In this document: piece by piece, positions 19,973 to 28,984 of the stretch
Layout: each line of letters starts with the position of its first letter
How positions within the stretch are numbered: the stretch's first letter is position 1
DNA from: Gemmatimonadota bacterium
Lineage (GTDB): Bacteria > Gemmatimonadota > Gemmatimonadetes > Palauibacterales > Palauibacteraceae
Reading direction: 5' to 3'
DNA: 64,000 bases
Assembly (NCBI GenBank): GCA_965116475.1
Contig: OZ220691.1
Coordinates: forward strand, 3,456,001 to 3,520,000
Made by a program: the position numbers and the translations under genes
Notes under the pieces: generated by a model
Database searches by the model: none
Seen by the model: the letters and a program-made list of their open reading frames with translations, nothing else
Told to the model about the DNA's origin: nothing

Positions 19973-20866
19973 GTGTCCCGTAACGGGTACGCGGGCTTCG
20001 TCGAGCGGAGGCGCGAACGCGAGCGCTTCCAGCGCCGGACGCTGGCCGCGGGGCTCATCGCCTCCGTCTTCCTCCACGTCCTTCTTCTGGTCGTGGCGGG
20101 CGGCGTCCGGGTCGAGTCCCTCCCCTTCACGCTCCCCCCCATCGAAATCGTACCCGCGCCCGACGCGCTGGTCGTGGTCGAGATTGCGCCCACTCTGCCG
20201 GAGGACCTTCCCGAGGATCCCCGCCCCGAACCGCTGCCGCCGGAGGAGGATCCGCCGGAGGTCGAGCCCGAGCCCGAGGAGGAAGAGGAGGAACAGGAGG
20301 AGGAGGAAGAAGAGGCGGTGGAGGAGGCGGACCCCCTCCGCGGCGCGCCGGGCCTGATCGTCGCGGGCCAGCCGACGCCGCCGGAGGGGCCCCGGGGCCG
20401 GACCAACGCCTCGCGGCTCCGGCTGCGCTTCAGCGATCCGCGTTTGTGGTTCGATCCGCAGTCCCCCCGCCTCATCGGCGAGAGGCTGGTCCAGTTCGCC
20501 CGCGCGGACAGCGCGGTGCGGGCGATCCTCCGCGATTGGCTCGACAGCCTCCAACTCGACGAAGATGTGCGGCGCCGCGCGCGAGACTGGACCTTCGAGC
20601 GCGACGGGAAACGGTGGGGGTTCTCCGAGCAGGGAATCCACCTCGGCGACGTCACGATCCCCATTCCCATCGGGTTCGCTCCGACGGGGCCCCAGAGGCG
20701 CGCGTACGAACAGGCGATCCGCGACCTGACGGCGATCCAGATCCAGAACCTTCGGGACGACGTGGAAGCCGCCGCGGCCGAGGCGCGGGCCCGCATGCGC
20801 GAGCGCTCCGAGGAGGAGATCCGACGCCGGCGCGGCGACACCCTGCGCGTCCGCGGGCCTCCGTGA
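19973..20866 (+). CDS. Hypothetical membrane-anchored protein with TonB-like TM and Pro/Glu linker
   Basis: TM LIASVFLHVLLLV (SxxxH), PEP/poly-E linker, C-terminal DWTFERDGKRWGFS domain. Confidence 0.7.
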   Translation: MSRNGYAGFVERRRERERFQRRTLAAGLIASVFLHVLLLVVAGGVRVESLPFTLPPIEIVPAPDALVVVEIAPTLPEDLPEDPRPEPLPPEEDPPEVEPEPEEEEEEQEEEEEEAVEEADPLRGAPGLIVAGQPTPPEGPRGRTNASRLRLRFSDPRLWFDPQSPRLIGERLVQFARADSAVRAILRDWLDSLQLDEDVRRRARDWTFERDGKRWGFSEQGIHLGDVTIPIPIGFAPTGPQRRAYEQAIRDLTAIQIQNLRDDVEAAAAEARARMRERSEEEIRRRRGDTLRVRGPP

Positions 20867-20884
20867 CGTGGGCGCGCCGCGCGG

Positions 20885-20913
20885 TTCCGAACGCGCGGCG
20901 CCTCCGTTAGACT
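20885..20913 (+). promoter_or_regulatory. Putative sigma-70 promoter of valS
   Basis: TTCCGA-N17-TAGACT; -35 lies in the loop of a 10-bp GC hairpin. Confidence 0.45.
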
Positions 20914-20997
20914 GAGCCGCAGCCCGGACGCCGGGGGGCCTCCCCGTCGCGCCGACGTTTCTCCCGACACCGCAAACCGTCAGTCAGGAGCCGCCCC

Positions 20998-23688
20998 TTG
21001 GGTGACGCTCAACCGTCCACCGAACTTTCCTCCCGTTACGATCCCGCCGGGCTCGAACAGCCGATGTACGAGCGCTGGGTCGACGCGGGTCTGTTTCACG
21101 TGCCGGCCGCGGAGGTCGAACGGCCGTGGGTGATCGTGATCCCGCCGCCCAACGTCACCGCCGCGCTGCACATGGGTCACGGGCTCAACAACACCCTGCA
21201 GGATGTCCTCATCCGCCGGCGGCGGATGCAGGGGTACGACGCCCTGTGGGTGCCGGGCACGGATCACGCCGGGATCGCGACGCAGAACGTCGTCGAGCGA
21301 CAGTTGCGCGGGGATGGTCTCACGCGCTTCGACCTCGGCCGCGAGGCTTTCGTCGAGCGCGTATGGGAGTGGGTGGACGAGTACGGGGGACGGATCATCG
21401 ACCAGCTGCGCACCATCGGGTGTTCCTGCGACTGGGAGCGGACCCGGTTCACGCTCGACCCGGGACTCTCCCACGCGGTGCGCGAGGTCTTCGTCCGCCT
21501 CTACGAGAAGGACCTCATCTACCGCGGCCGCTACATCATCAACTGGTGTCCCCGTTGCCGCACCGCCCTCTCCAACGAGGAAGCGGAGCACCGCGACGTG
21601 GATGGCAAGCTCTACCGCCTGAAGTATCCTCTGGTGGACGGCGGCCACGTGGAGGTCGCGACGACGCGGCCCGAGACGATGCTCGGCGACACCGGGCTCG
21701 CGGTTTCGCCCGCGGACGAGCGCTACGGCGACCTCGTCGGCCGGGAGGCCGAACTGCCGCTGGTGGGGCGGCGTCTACCGATCGTCGCCGATGAACACGT
21801 GGATCCGGAATTCGGGTCGGGCGTGGTGAAGGTCACGCCCGCGCACGATCCGAACGACTTCGAGATCGGGCGGCGCCACGGGCTCGAGGCGCTCGACGTG
21901 ATGACGGACCGGGGCGCGATGAACGACGCCGTCCCGGAAGCCTATCGCGGCCTCGATCGCCTCGAGGCGCGCCGCCGCGTCGTGGCGGACCTCGAGGCGG
22001 GCGGGTGGCTCACCGGCGTGGAGGACCATGCGCACGCCGTCGGGCGGTGCTATCGCTGCGACACCATCGTCGAGCCGCGCCTCAGCCTCCAGTGGTTCGT
22101 CCGCATGAAGCCGCTCGCGGAGCCGGGGCTGGCGGCCTACGAGAGCGGGGAACTTCGCTTCCACCCCGCGCGGTTCGGCCGCGTGTACCGCAACTGGATG
22201 GAGAACATCCGCGACTGGTGCATCAGCCGGCAGCTGTGGTGGGGACACCGGATCCCCGTCTGGTATTGCGACGCCCCCGACTGCGGCGAGGTCGTCGTCT
22301 CCACCGAGGACCCGGACGACTGCCCGGCCTGCGGAGGCGAACTGCGCCAGGACGAGGACGTGCTGGATACCTGGTTCAGTTCGTGGCTCTGGCCCTTCTC
22401 GACCCTCGGATGGCCGAAGGAGACAGCCGATCTCCGGTCGTTCTATCCGACGGCGACGCTCGTCACGGCGCCGGAGATCCTGTTCTTCTGGGTGGCCCGC
22501 ATGATCATGGCGGGTTTCGAGTTCATGGGAGAGCTGCCGTTCACCGACGTCCTGCTGAACGGCACGGTGCGGGACCACGTCGGACGGCGCATGTCGAAAT
22601 CTCTCGGCAACGGGATAGATCCTCTAGAAGTCGTTGAACTGTATGGTGCTGACGCCATGCGCTTCACGCTCGTTCGAGGGTCGCCGCTCGGCACGGACAT
22701 CCAGCTCGACAACGAGAACCTGGAAGCCGCCTTCCGTCCGGGGCGCAACTTCGCGAACAAGATGTGGAACGCGGCGCGGTTCGCGTTGCCGCACGCGCGC
22801 TGGGACGGCGCGGGAGACGTGCCGGAGCCGACGGCGCTCGCGGACCGGTGGATCCGCAGCCGGCTCGCGCGGGTAGCGCACGACATGGACGCGGCCTACG
22901 AAGGCTATCGCCTGCACGAGGCCGCCGAGGCCGGCCACTCGTTCGTGTGGGGAGATTTCTGCGACTGGTACCTGGAGTTGGCGAAGCACCGGTTGACGGG
23001 TGAGCCCGAGTCGGCTCGGGAGGTCGGACACACCCTGACGCTCGTGATGCGCGGTTGGCTCTCGCTCCTCCATCCGATCGTGCCCTTCGTCACGGAAGCG
23101 ATCGCGGAAAGGTTGCCGGACGCGGAGGCCTCGGGCTCGCTTGTCACGGGACCGTGGCCCGACTGTCCCGAGGACTGGATCGATCCCGATGCGGATGCGG
23201 GCATCGAGGCGCTCCGGGAGTTCGTGGGGGCGGTCCGGACGTTGCGAGGGGAATACGGTGTGGCGCCGGGAACTCGGGTACGGGTCCAGGTTACGGATGC
23301 TTCGCCGGCCCTGCTGTCGGCGCTGGCGGAGGAGGAGGGCAGCATCGCGCGGCTGGCGGGGTTGTCCGGGATCGAACGGGTCGCCGAGGGGGCGGGCCCG
23401 GCGTCCGCCGATGGGGCCGGGGCGCATGCGGTGCTCCGCTCGGGCGGCGAACTCTTCCTCCCCCTGGAAGGAGTCATCGATCTGGAGACGGAGCGCGGGC
23501 GCATCCGCGCGGAACTGGAACGTACGGCCGACCTGCTCGCGCGCAGCCGCGGCAAGCTCGACAACGCGGGCTTCCTCGGTAACGCGCCCGAGGAGGTCAT
23601 CGCACGGGAGCGTGAGAAAGTGACCTCGCTGGGGGAACAGCGAACGCGCCTCGAGGAGAAGCTCCGATCGCTGCGGGCGGGCGTCTGA
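20998..23688 (+). CDS. valS: Valyl-tRNA synthetase
   Basis: PPPNVT, HMGH, DHAGIATQ, DWCISRQLWWGH, RMSKS, C-terminal coiled coil; AGGAG then TTG start. Confidence 0.98.
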   Translation: MGDAQPSTELSSRYDPAGLEQPMYERWVDAGLFHVPAAEVERPWVIVIPPPNVTAALHMGHGLNNTLQDVLIRRRRMQGYDALWVPGTDHAGIATQNVVERQLRGDGLTRFDLGREAFVERVWEWVDEYGGRIIDQLRTIGCSCDWERTRFTLDPGLSHAVREVFVRLYEKDLIYRGRYIINWCPRCRTALSNEEAEHRDVDGKLYRLKYPLVDGGHVEVATTRPETMLGDTGLAVSPADERYGDLVGREAELPLVGRRLPIVADEHVDPEFGSGVVKVTPAHDPNDFEIGRRHGLEALDVMTDRGAMNDAVPEAYRGLDRLEARRRVVADLEAGGWLTGVEDHAHAVGRCYRCDTIVEPRLSLQWFVRMKPLAEPGLAAYESGELRFHPARFGRVYRNWMENIRDWCISRQLWWGHRIPVWYCDAPDCGEVVVSTEDPDDCPACGGELRQDEDVLDTWFSSWLWPFSTLGWPKETADLRSFYPTATLVTAPEILFFWVARMIMAGFEFMGELPFTDVLLNGTVRDHVGRRMSKSLGNGIDPLEVVELYGADAMRFTLVRGSPLGTDIQLDNENLEAAFRPGRNFANKMWNAARFALPHARWDGAGDVPEPTALADRWIRSRLARVAHDMDAAYEGYRLHEAAEAGHSFVWGDFCDWYLELAKHRLTGEPESAREVGHTLTLVMRGWLSLLHPIVPFVTEAIAERLPDAEASGSLVTGPWPDCPEDWIDPDADAGIEALREFVGAVRTLRGEYGVAPGTRVRVQVTDASPALLSALAEEEGSIARLAGLSGIERVAEGAGPASADGAGAHAVLRSGGELFLPLEGVIDLETERGRIRAELERTADLLARSRGKLDNAGFLGNAPEEVIAREREKVTSLGEQRTRLEEKLRSLRAGV

Positions 23689-25196
23689 CGCGCGCCGGGC
23701 CCGGAACCTCCGGGCAGGGGCCGGGCGCCCGCGGGCGACTTGTCGCCTTCGTCGCCGACGGGAGGTTCCTTTCGGCGGCGACGGCGCTCCTCGTCATGCT
23801 GGGATGCGCGAGGGAGATGCCTCCGCCGGGCGCGCGGCCGGACGAAATCCCTCCCTCCATCGTCCGCATCCGTCCCGCGCCGGAGTCGACGGTCGCCGAC
23901 TTCGACGGCGCGCTGGAAATCCGTTTCAGCGAGCCCGTGCGGATACCGAACGGGCTTGCCAGGGAGATGTTCGTCAGCCCGATGGAGACGTACGAGGCGC
24001 AGACGGGCTTCTCCGATCTGCGTCTTCGGCCGGAAGACGGCTGGCGGGACAGCGTGGCGTACTGCTTCACGATTCCGACCGATGGGATCAACGACCTTCT
24101 GCGCAACGGGATGGAAGAGCCCGTCGAGTTCTGCTTCTCCACGGGAGGCGAGATCCCGCGCACCCGGGTCGAGGGAGAGGTGGTCGACGCGCTTACCGGG
24201 CAACCGCTGGAAGAGGCGCGGGTCATCTTCTGGGCGGGTCCGGATTCCATCCCTTACGGCGCAATCTCCGACAGCACCGGGAGGTTCGCGGCGCGCGGGC
24301 TGCCGCCGGGCGAGTATCAGGCCTTCGGATTTTTCGACCGCAACCGCAACATGATGCCGGACCGCGTCCTCGAGTCGTACGACAGCGCTTCCGTGGCGGC
24401 CGCGCCGGAGACCCCGGTGGAGTTGCGGTTCGTCGTCGTGGCGCCGGATACGACGCCGCCTCTGCTTGCCCGCGCGCTCGTCGTGGGAAGCGAGACCGTG
24501 CAACTCGAATTCGATGACTATCTCCTCAATCCCCAACCGGAGGAGCCCGGCATCGCGATTCGGGACTCCGCGACGAACGAAGTGCTGGAGATCGTGGCCA
24601 GCCTCATGGGTTCGGCCGACGAGGTGACGTTCCCGCTCGATTCCGCCGCGCTGGCGGACTCCGTCGCGGTGGCGGATTCCGCGGCCGCAGGCGACTCGGC
24701 GGCCATCGCAGACTCGGCAGCCGTGGCGGACTCCGCGGCGGTCGGCGACACCGCGGCGGTCGAAGCGCCGAGCCCGGATTCCGCCGGCGCGGCCGTCTCC
24801 GATTCCGTGCCGGAAGAGGAACTCGTGCTTCCGTCGAGGTTCATCACCGTGCGGCTCGCGGCGCCGCTCGACTCCGGGACGTACCGGGTGTCGGTGACGG
24901 GCGTGGTGAACGTGCGCCGTCTCGCGGGAGGCGGCGATACGTCCTTCGTGGCCGAGCCGGAACCCCCGTCCGCCGATTCGGCGACAGCCGCCGACTCGGT
25001 CGCCGCGGCCGATTCGGCGGCGGTGGCGGACTCGACGGCTGCCGAGGGCGATTCCGTCGCAGTGGAGCAGGACTCGGTGCCCCCGGCGCCCGACAGTCTC
25101 GCCGTTCCCGGAGTCCCACCGGACACTCTCGGAGTCCCGCCGGACACGACTGGGGCGCCGCCGGACACGGCAGGGGCGAAGAGACGGCGCGCATGA
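23685..25196 (+). CDS. Ig-like (Big_5-type) domain lipoprotein with low-complexity DS/DT repeats
   Basis: LGC lipobox then AREMPPPGARPDEIPP, IRFSEPV, YQAFGFFDRNRN; a full signal peptide needs a start upstream of ATG 23796, and CTG 23685 overlaps the valS TGA. Confidence 0.75.
   Translation: MTRAGPGTSGQGPGARGRLVAFVADGRFLSAATALLVMLGCAREMPPPGARPDEIPPSIVRIRPAPESTVADFDGALEIRFSEPVRIPNGLAREMFVSPMETYEAQTGFSDLRLRPEDGWRDSVAYCFTIPTDGINDLLRNGMEEPVEFCFSTGGEIPRTRVEGEVVDALTGQPLEEARVIFWAGPDSIPYGAISDSTGRFAARGLPPGEYQAFGFFDRNRNMMPDRVLESYDSASVAAAPETPVELRFVVVAPDTTPPLLARALVVGSETVQLEFDDYLLNPQPEEPGIAIRDSATNEVLEIVASLMGSADEVTFPLDSAALADSVAVADSAAAGDSAAIADSAAVADSAAVGDTAAVEAPSPDSAGAAVSDSVPEEELVLPSRFITVRLAAPLDSGTYRVSVTGVVNVRRLAGGGDTSFVAEPEPPSADSATAADSVAAADSAAVADSTAAEGDSVAVEQDSVPPAPDSLAVPGVPPDTLGVPPDTTGAPPDTAGAKRRRA
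24639..25171 (+). repeat. Two blocks of degenerate 18-nt (DSAAVA-type) repeats plus 21-nt PPDT repeats
   Basis: DSAALA DSVAVA DSAAAG DSAAIA DSAAVA DSAAVG DTAAV; DSATAA DSVAAA DSAAVA DSTAAEG DSVAV; PPDTLGV PPDTTGA PPDTAG. Confidence 0.9.
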
Positions 25197-26569
25197 CGGA
25201 CCCCCGCCGCCGGCTCCCCTCGATGGACGCGCTCCTCAAGGAGTCCGAAGTCGCCGCGTGGATCGACTGCTACGGCCGCGAGACGGTCAAGGACTCGCTC
25301 CGCCGGGCCCTGGACCGCACCCGGGCGGAACCCGGTCCGGAGCGATCCGATGAGGTCGATCTCCTGCGGACCGCGGAACGCGATCTGGAGCGGCGATCGA
25401 GGCCCTCGCTGCGGCGGACGCTCAACGGCACGGGCATCGTGCTCCACACGAACCTCGGACGGGCACCGCTTGCCGACGAGGCGACCCTCGCCCAGGCGGA
25501 GGCCGGCGGCTACGGGAACGTGGAACTCTCCCTCGCGACGGGCCGGCGCGGCTCGCGCTACGACCACTGCGGCGAAGTCGTCTGCGAACTGACGGGCGCG
25601 GGCGCGGCGATCATCGCGAACAACAACGCGGCGGCGGTGGCGCTCGTCGTGAACGAACTGGCGCGGGGCCGCGAGGTACTCGTGTCGCGCGGGGAACTGG
25701 TCGAAATCGGAGGCACGTTCAGGATCCCCGATGTCGTGGAACGGAGCGGCGGCCGGTTGAAGGAGGTCGGCACGACGAACCGGACGAGATTGTCCGACTA
25801 CGAGGCCGCCATCGACGGGTCGACCGGGCTGATCCTGCGGGTCCACCCCTCGAACTACCGCGTCGAGGGTTTCGCGGCCCGCCCGCCGCTCGCGGCCCTG
25901 GCGTCGCTCGCGCGGGAGCGGGGGATCCCGCTGGCCCACGACCTCGGCTCCGGGTTGCTCGATGCGGATCTCCTGCCGGGATTCCCGGAGGGGCCCACCG
26001 CGCGGGGGTCGCTGGCCGCGGGGGTCGACCTGGCGACCTGGAGCGGTGACAAGCTCCTCGGAGGTCCGCAGGCCGGGATCATCGCCGGCGACACGGCCCT
26101 GATCGCGCGATTGCGCCGCAACCCCCTGCTGCGGGCGTTCCGCGTGGACAAGACGACGCTCGCCGCTCTCGAAGCCACGCTGATGCTGTACCGCGATCCG
26201 GATCTCGCCGCCCGCCGCGTGCCGGCGCTGCGGATGCTGCGCGAGCCGGCGGAGGCAGTCGAAGCCCGCGCGGCTGCCGTGCGCCCCGATCCTCCGCCGC
26301 GTGCCGGCGCGCGCGTTGACGTGGCCCGGACCGAGGCCATGGTCGGAGGGGGCGCCTTTCCGGGGTTCGCGATCCCTTCGGCCGGCTGGGCCGTGACGGG
26401 GGTGGACGTCGAACGTCTCGCGGCGGAGTGTCGCGCCGGCCCGGTCCCGCTCATCGGCCGCATCGAGCGTGCGGCGTTCATCGTCGATGTGCGGACGCTG
26501 CCCGGCGAAGAAGCGGCCCGGGCCGCGGAAGCGCTCGCCTCGGCGCTCGACCGGCTCGCCGATGCCTGA
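25193..26569 (+). CDS. selA: L-seryl-tRNA(Sec) selenium transferase
   Basis: NGTGIVLHTNLGRA, NNNAAA, SRGELVEIGG.FRIPD, EVGTTNRT, SGDKLLGGPQAG. Confidence 0.95.
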   Translation: MTDPRRRLPSMDALLKESEVAAWIDCYGRETVKDSLRRALDRTRAEPGPERSDEVDLLRTAERDLERRSRPSLRRTLNGTGIVLHTNLGRAPLADEATLAQAEAGGYGNVELSLATGRRGSRYDHCGEVVCELTGAGAAIIANNNAAAVALVVNELARGREVLVSRGELVEIGGTFRIPDVVERSGGRLKEVGTTNRTRLSDYEAAIDGSTGLILRVHPSNYRVEGFAARPPLAALASLARERGIPLAHDLGSGLLDADLLPGFPEGPTARGSLAAGVDLATWSGDKLLGGPQAGIIAGDTALIARLRRNPLLRAFRVDKTTLAALEATLMLYRDPDLAARRVPALRMLREPAEAVEARAAAVRPDPPPRAGARVDVARTEAMVGGGAFPGFAIPSAGWAVTGVDVERLAAECRAGPVPLIGRIERAAFIVDVRTLPGEEAARAAEALASALDRLADA

Positions 26570-27230
26570 CGCCGTGCGGATCGCGGTCCTCGCCTCGGGA
26601 GGCGGTTCCAACTTCCAGGCGCTCGTCGACCGCTTCCAGCGCGCGGACATCCCCGACCGCGAGATCGTCGGTGTGATCGCCAGCCGCGAGGGAGCGGGCG
26701 TCCTGGAGCGGGCCCGCCGGGCCGGGGTGGCATCCGCGGTCTCGCCCGCGTCAGCGACGAGTGACGGCACGGCAACGTTCCTCCGCCGCACGCTGGACGA
26801 GTGGCGAAGCGACATCGTGGTCCTGGCCGGCTACATGAAGCTGGTCCCGGAGGGCCTCGTGCGGGCTTACTGGGGACGGATCCTGAACATCCATCCCGCG
26901 CTGCTGCCCTCGTTCGGAGGACGCGGGATGTACGGCGCGCGCGTGCACCGGGCGGTCATCGAGGCCGGCGTCCGGATCACCGGAGCGACCGTCCACTTCG
27001 TCGACGAGGCGTACGACCGGGGGCCCATCCTGTGCCAGTGGCCCGTACCCGTGCTCGCGGGCGATACTCCGGCATCCGTGGCGGCCCGCGTGCTCGAGGT
27101 CGAGCACCGCATCCTCCCCGCGGCCGTCGAAGCGCTGGCTTCGGGCGCGGTTCGGCTGGAGGCGCACCGCCGGGTCCACTGGGTTCGTGAGTGGTTCCAG
27201 ACAGAGACGTTCACCAACCGGGAAGGATGA
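26562..27230 (+). CDS. purN: Phosphoribosylglycinamide formyltransferase
   Basis: IAVLASGGGSNFQAL, LAGYMK, NIHPALLPSFGG, GATVHFVDEAYDRGP. Confidence 0.96.
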   Translation: MPDAVRIAVLASGGGSNFQALVDRFQRADIPDREIVGVIASREGAGVLERARRAGVASAVSPASATSDGTATFLRRTLDEWRSDIVVLAGYMKLVPEGLVRAYWGRILNIHPALLPSFGGRGMYGARVHRAVIEAGVRITGATVHFVDEAYDRGPILCQWPVPVLAGDTPASVAARVLEVEHRILPAAVEALASGAVRLEAHRRVHWVREWFQTETFTNREG

Positions 27231-28826
27231 GTGGGAATGCCGACTGCGCTCGTGAGCGTTTCGGACAAGACGGGAATCGAGGAATTCTGCGCCGGGCTGA
27301 TCGCGCGGGGCTGGGAGATCGCGTCCACGGGAGGGACGATGCGGGCATTGCGCGCGGCGGGGCTTGAGGTCCGCGGCGTGAGCGACTTGACCGGCCATCC
27401 GGAGATGCTCGATGGCCGGGTGAAGACGCTGCACCCGAGGGTGCACGGCGGGATCCTCGCCCGGCGCGAGGTGGCGGACGACCTGGACCAACTCGCCGCG
27501 CACGGGATGGTTCCCATCGACCTCGTGGCCGTGAACCTGTACCCCTTCCGCGAGACGGTGGCTGGCGGCGACGTCACGCTCGGGGAAGCGCTGGAGCAGA
27601 TCGACATCGGCGGCCCGACGATGCTCCGGGCGTCGGCGAAGAACCACCCGTCGGTCTGGTCGGTGTGCGACCCGGCCGACTACGGGCGCGTGCTCGCGGC
27701 CATCGATGCCGGGGACGCGCCGGAGACGGCGGGGCTGAGGCGGGAGCTGGCGGTCAAGGTGTTCGGGCATACCACGGCCTACGACGCGGCGATCACCCGC
27801 TACCTGGCCCGGCCGGACGGCGCCGCGGATGCGCCCGACCTCCCGGCGGGAGAGACCGTCATCCCGCTCGTCCGCGTGCAGACGCTCCGCTACGGGGAGA
27901 ACCCGGACCAGGAGGCCGCCTTCTACCGCGACGGGTCCGGTCCGGCGCGGGGGATTCCCGCGCTCGCCCAAGTCCACGGCCGGGAACTCTCGTTCAACAA
28001 CCTTCTCGATGTGGACGGCGCCCTCACCGCGATCGCGCCCTTCGTGTTCGGGAGACGGGCCGCCTGCGCGATCCTCAAGCACTCGACGCCGTGCGGCCTC
28101 GCCGTCGGCACGTCTCCGCTGGAGGCCTACGAGAAGGCGCTCGCGTGCGATCCCGTTTCGGCGTTCGGCTCGGTCATCGCCTTCACGGACCCGCTCACGG
28201 ATGACGTCGCGGAAGCCCTCTCGCGCAACTTCGTGGAGTGCGTCGTGGCGCCGGGATACTCGGAGGACGCGCTCCACATCCTGCGGGCGAAGAAGAACAT
28301 CCGGATTCTGCAGCCCGAGGCGGGCGCGGCGCTGGACGCGGACGGTCATCTGCAGGACGGGGTCGAGGTGCGCGGCGTGCGCGGCGGGGTCCTGATGCAG
28401 GCGGCCCCGCGACCGGCACGCGAGGTGCGTCGGGAGGCGCACGTCCCGACGGCGCGCGCCCCGAGCGACGCGGAATGGGACGATCTCGCGTTCGCCTGGT
28501 CCGCGGTGCAGAGCGTGAAGTCGAACGCGATCCTGCTCGCGCGCGATGGGGCCTCGATCGGCATCGGCGCGGGGCAGATGAGCCGCGTCGATTCGGTGGA
28601 GATCTCCGTCCGCAAGGCCCGGGCGCAGGGGTTCGACGTGACGGGCGCCGTCCTCGGGTCGGACGCGTTCTTCCCCTTCCGCGACGGCATCGATGCGGCG
28701 GCCGCCGCCGGGGTGACGGCGATCGCCCAGCCGGGTGGCTCGAAGCGCGATGCGGAGGTCATCGAGGCCGCGGACGAGCACGGCATGGCGATGGTCTTCA
28801 CCGGCCGGCGGCTCTTCCGCCACTAG
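27231..28826 (+). CDS. purH: Bifunctional AICAR transformylase/IMP cyclohydrolase
   Basis: ALVSVSDK, GRVKTLHP, IDIGGP, LRYGENP, SDAFFPF, QPGGS; alternative start 27237. Confidence 0.97.
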   Translation: MGMPTALVSVSDKTGIEEFCAGLIARGWEIASTGGTMRALRAAGLEVRGVSDLTGHPEMLDGRVKTLHPRVHGGILARREVADDLDQLAAHGMVPIDLVAVNLYPFRETVAGGDVTLGEALEQIDIGGPTMLRASAKNHPSVWSVCDPADYGRVLAAIDAGDAPETAGLRRELAVKVFGHTTAYDAAITRYLARPDGAADAPDLPAGETVIPLVRVQTLRYGENPDQEAAFYRDGSGPARGIPALAQVHGRELSFNNLLDVDGALTAIAPFVFGRRAACAILKHSTPCGLAVGTSPLEAYEKALACDPVSAFGSVIAFTDPLTDDVAEALSRNFVECVVAPGYSEDALHILRAKKNIRILQPEAGAALDADGHLQDGVEVRGVRGGVLMQAAPRPAREVRREAHVPTARAPSDAEWDDLAFAWSAVQSVKSNAILLARDGASIGIGAGQMSRVDSVEISVRKARAQGFDVTGAVLGSDAFFPFRDGIDAAAAAGVTAIAQPGGSKRDAEVIEAADEHGMAMVFTGRRLFRH

Positions 28827-28984
28827 TGGGACCGCCGCCCGCCGGCGCGTGGCCAGGTCCCGTGCCGGGCGAAGGGTTGCGAAACACGCGGCCCCGGAGC
28901 GGTTATAATTGAGTAAGTGACGCCGCGGACGAAGCGGCCGGCGGCCGGCGAGGGCCGGAGGCCGAACGGCAAGGGAGACTCCCC

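Noticed and set aside
20914..20997. T-box leader for valS
   Set aside because: Too short (about 80 nt) and no T-box consensus
24639..25171. Tandem repeats as a possible CRISPR array
   Set aside because: Degenerate, in-frame, spacer-less coding repeats; no cas genes
28877..28909. TTGCGA paired with TATAAT as the msrP promoter
   Set aside because: Spacer is 21 nt; only the -10 box is supported
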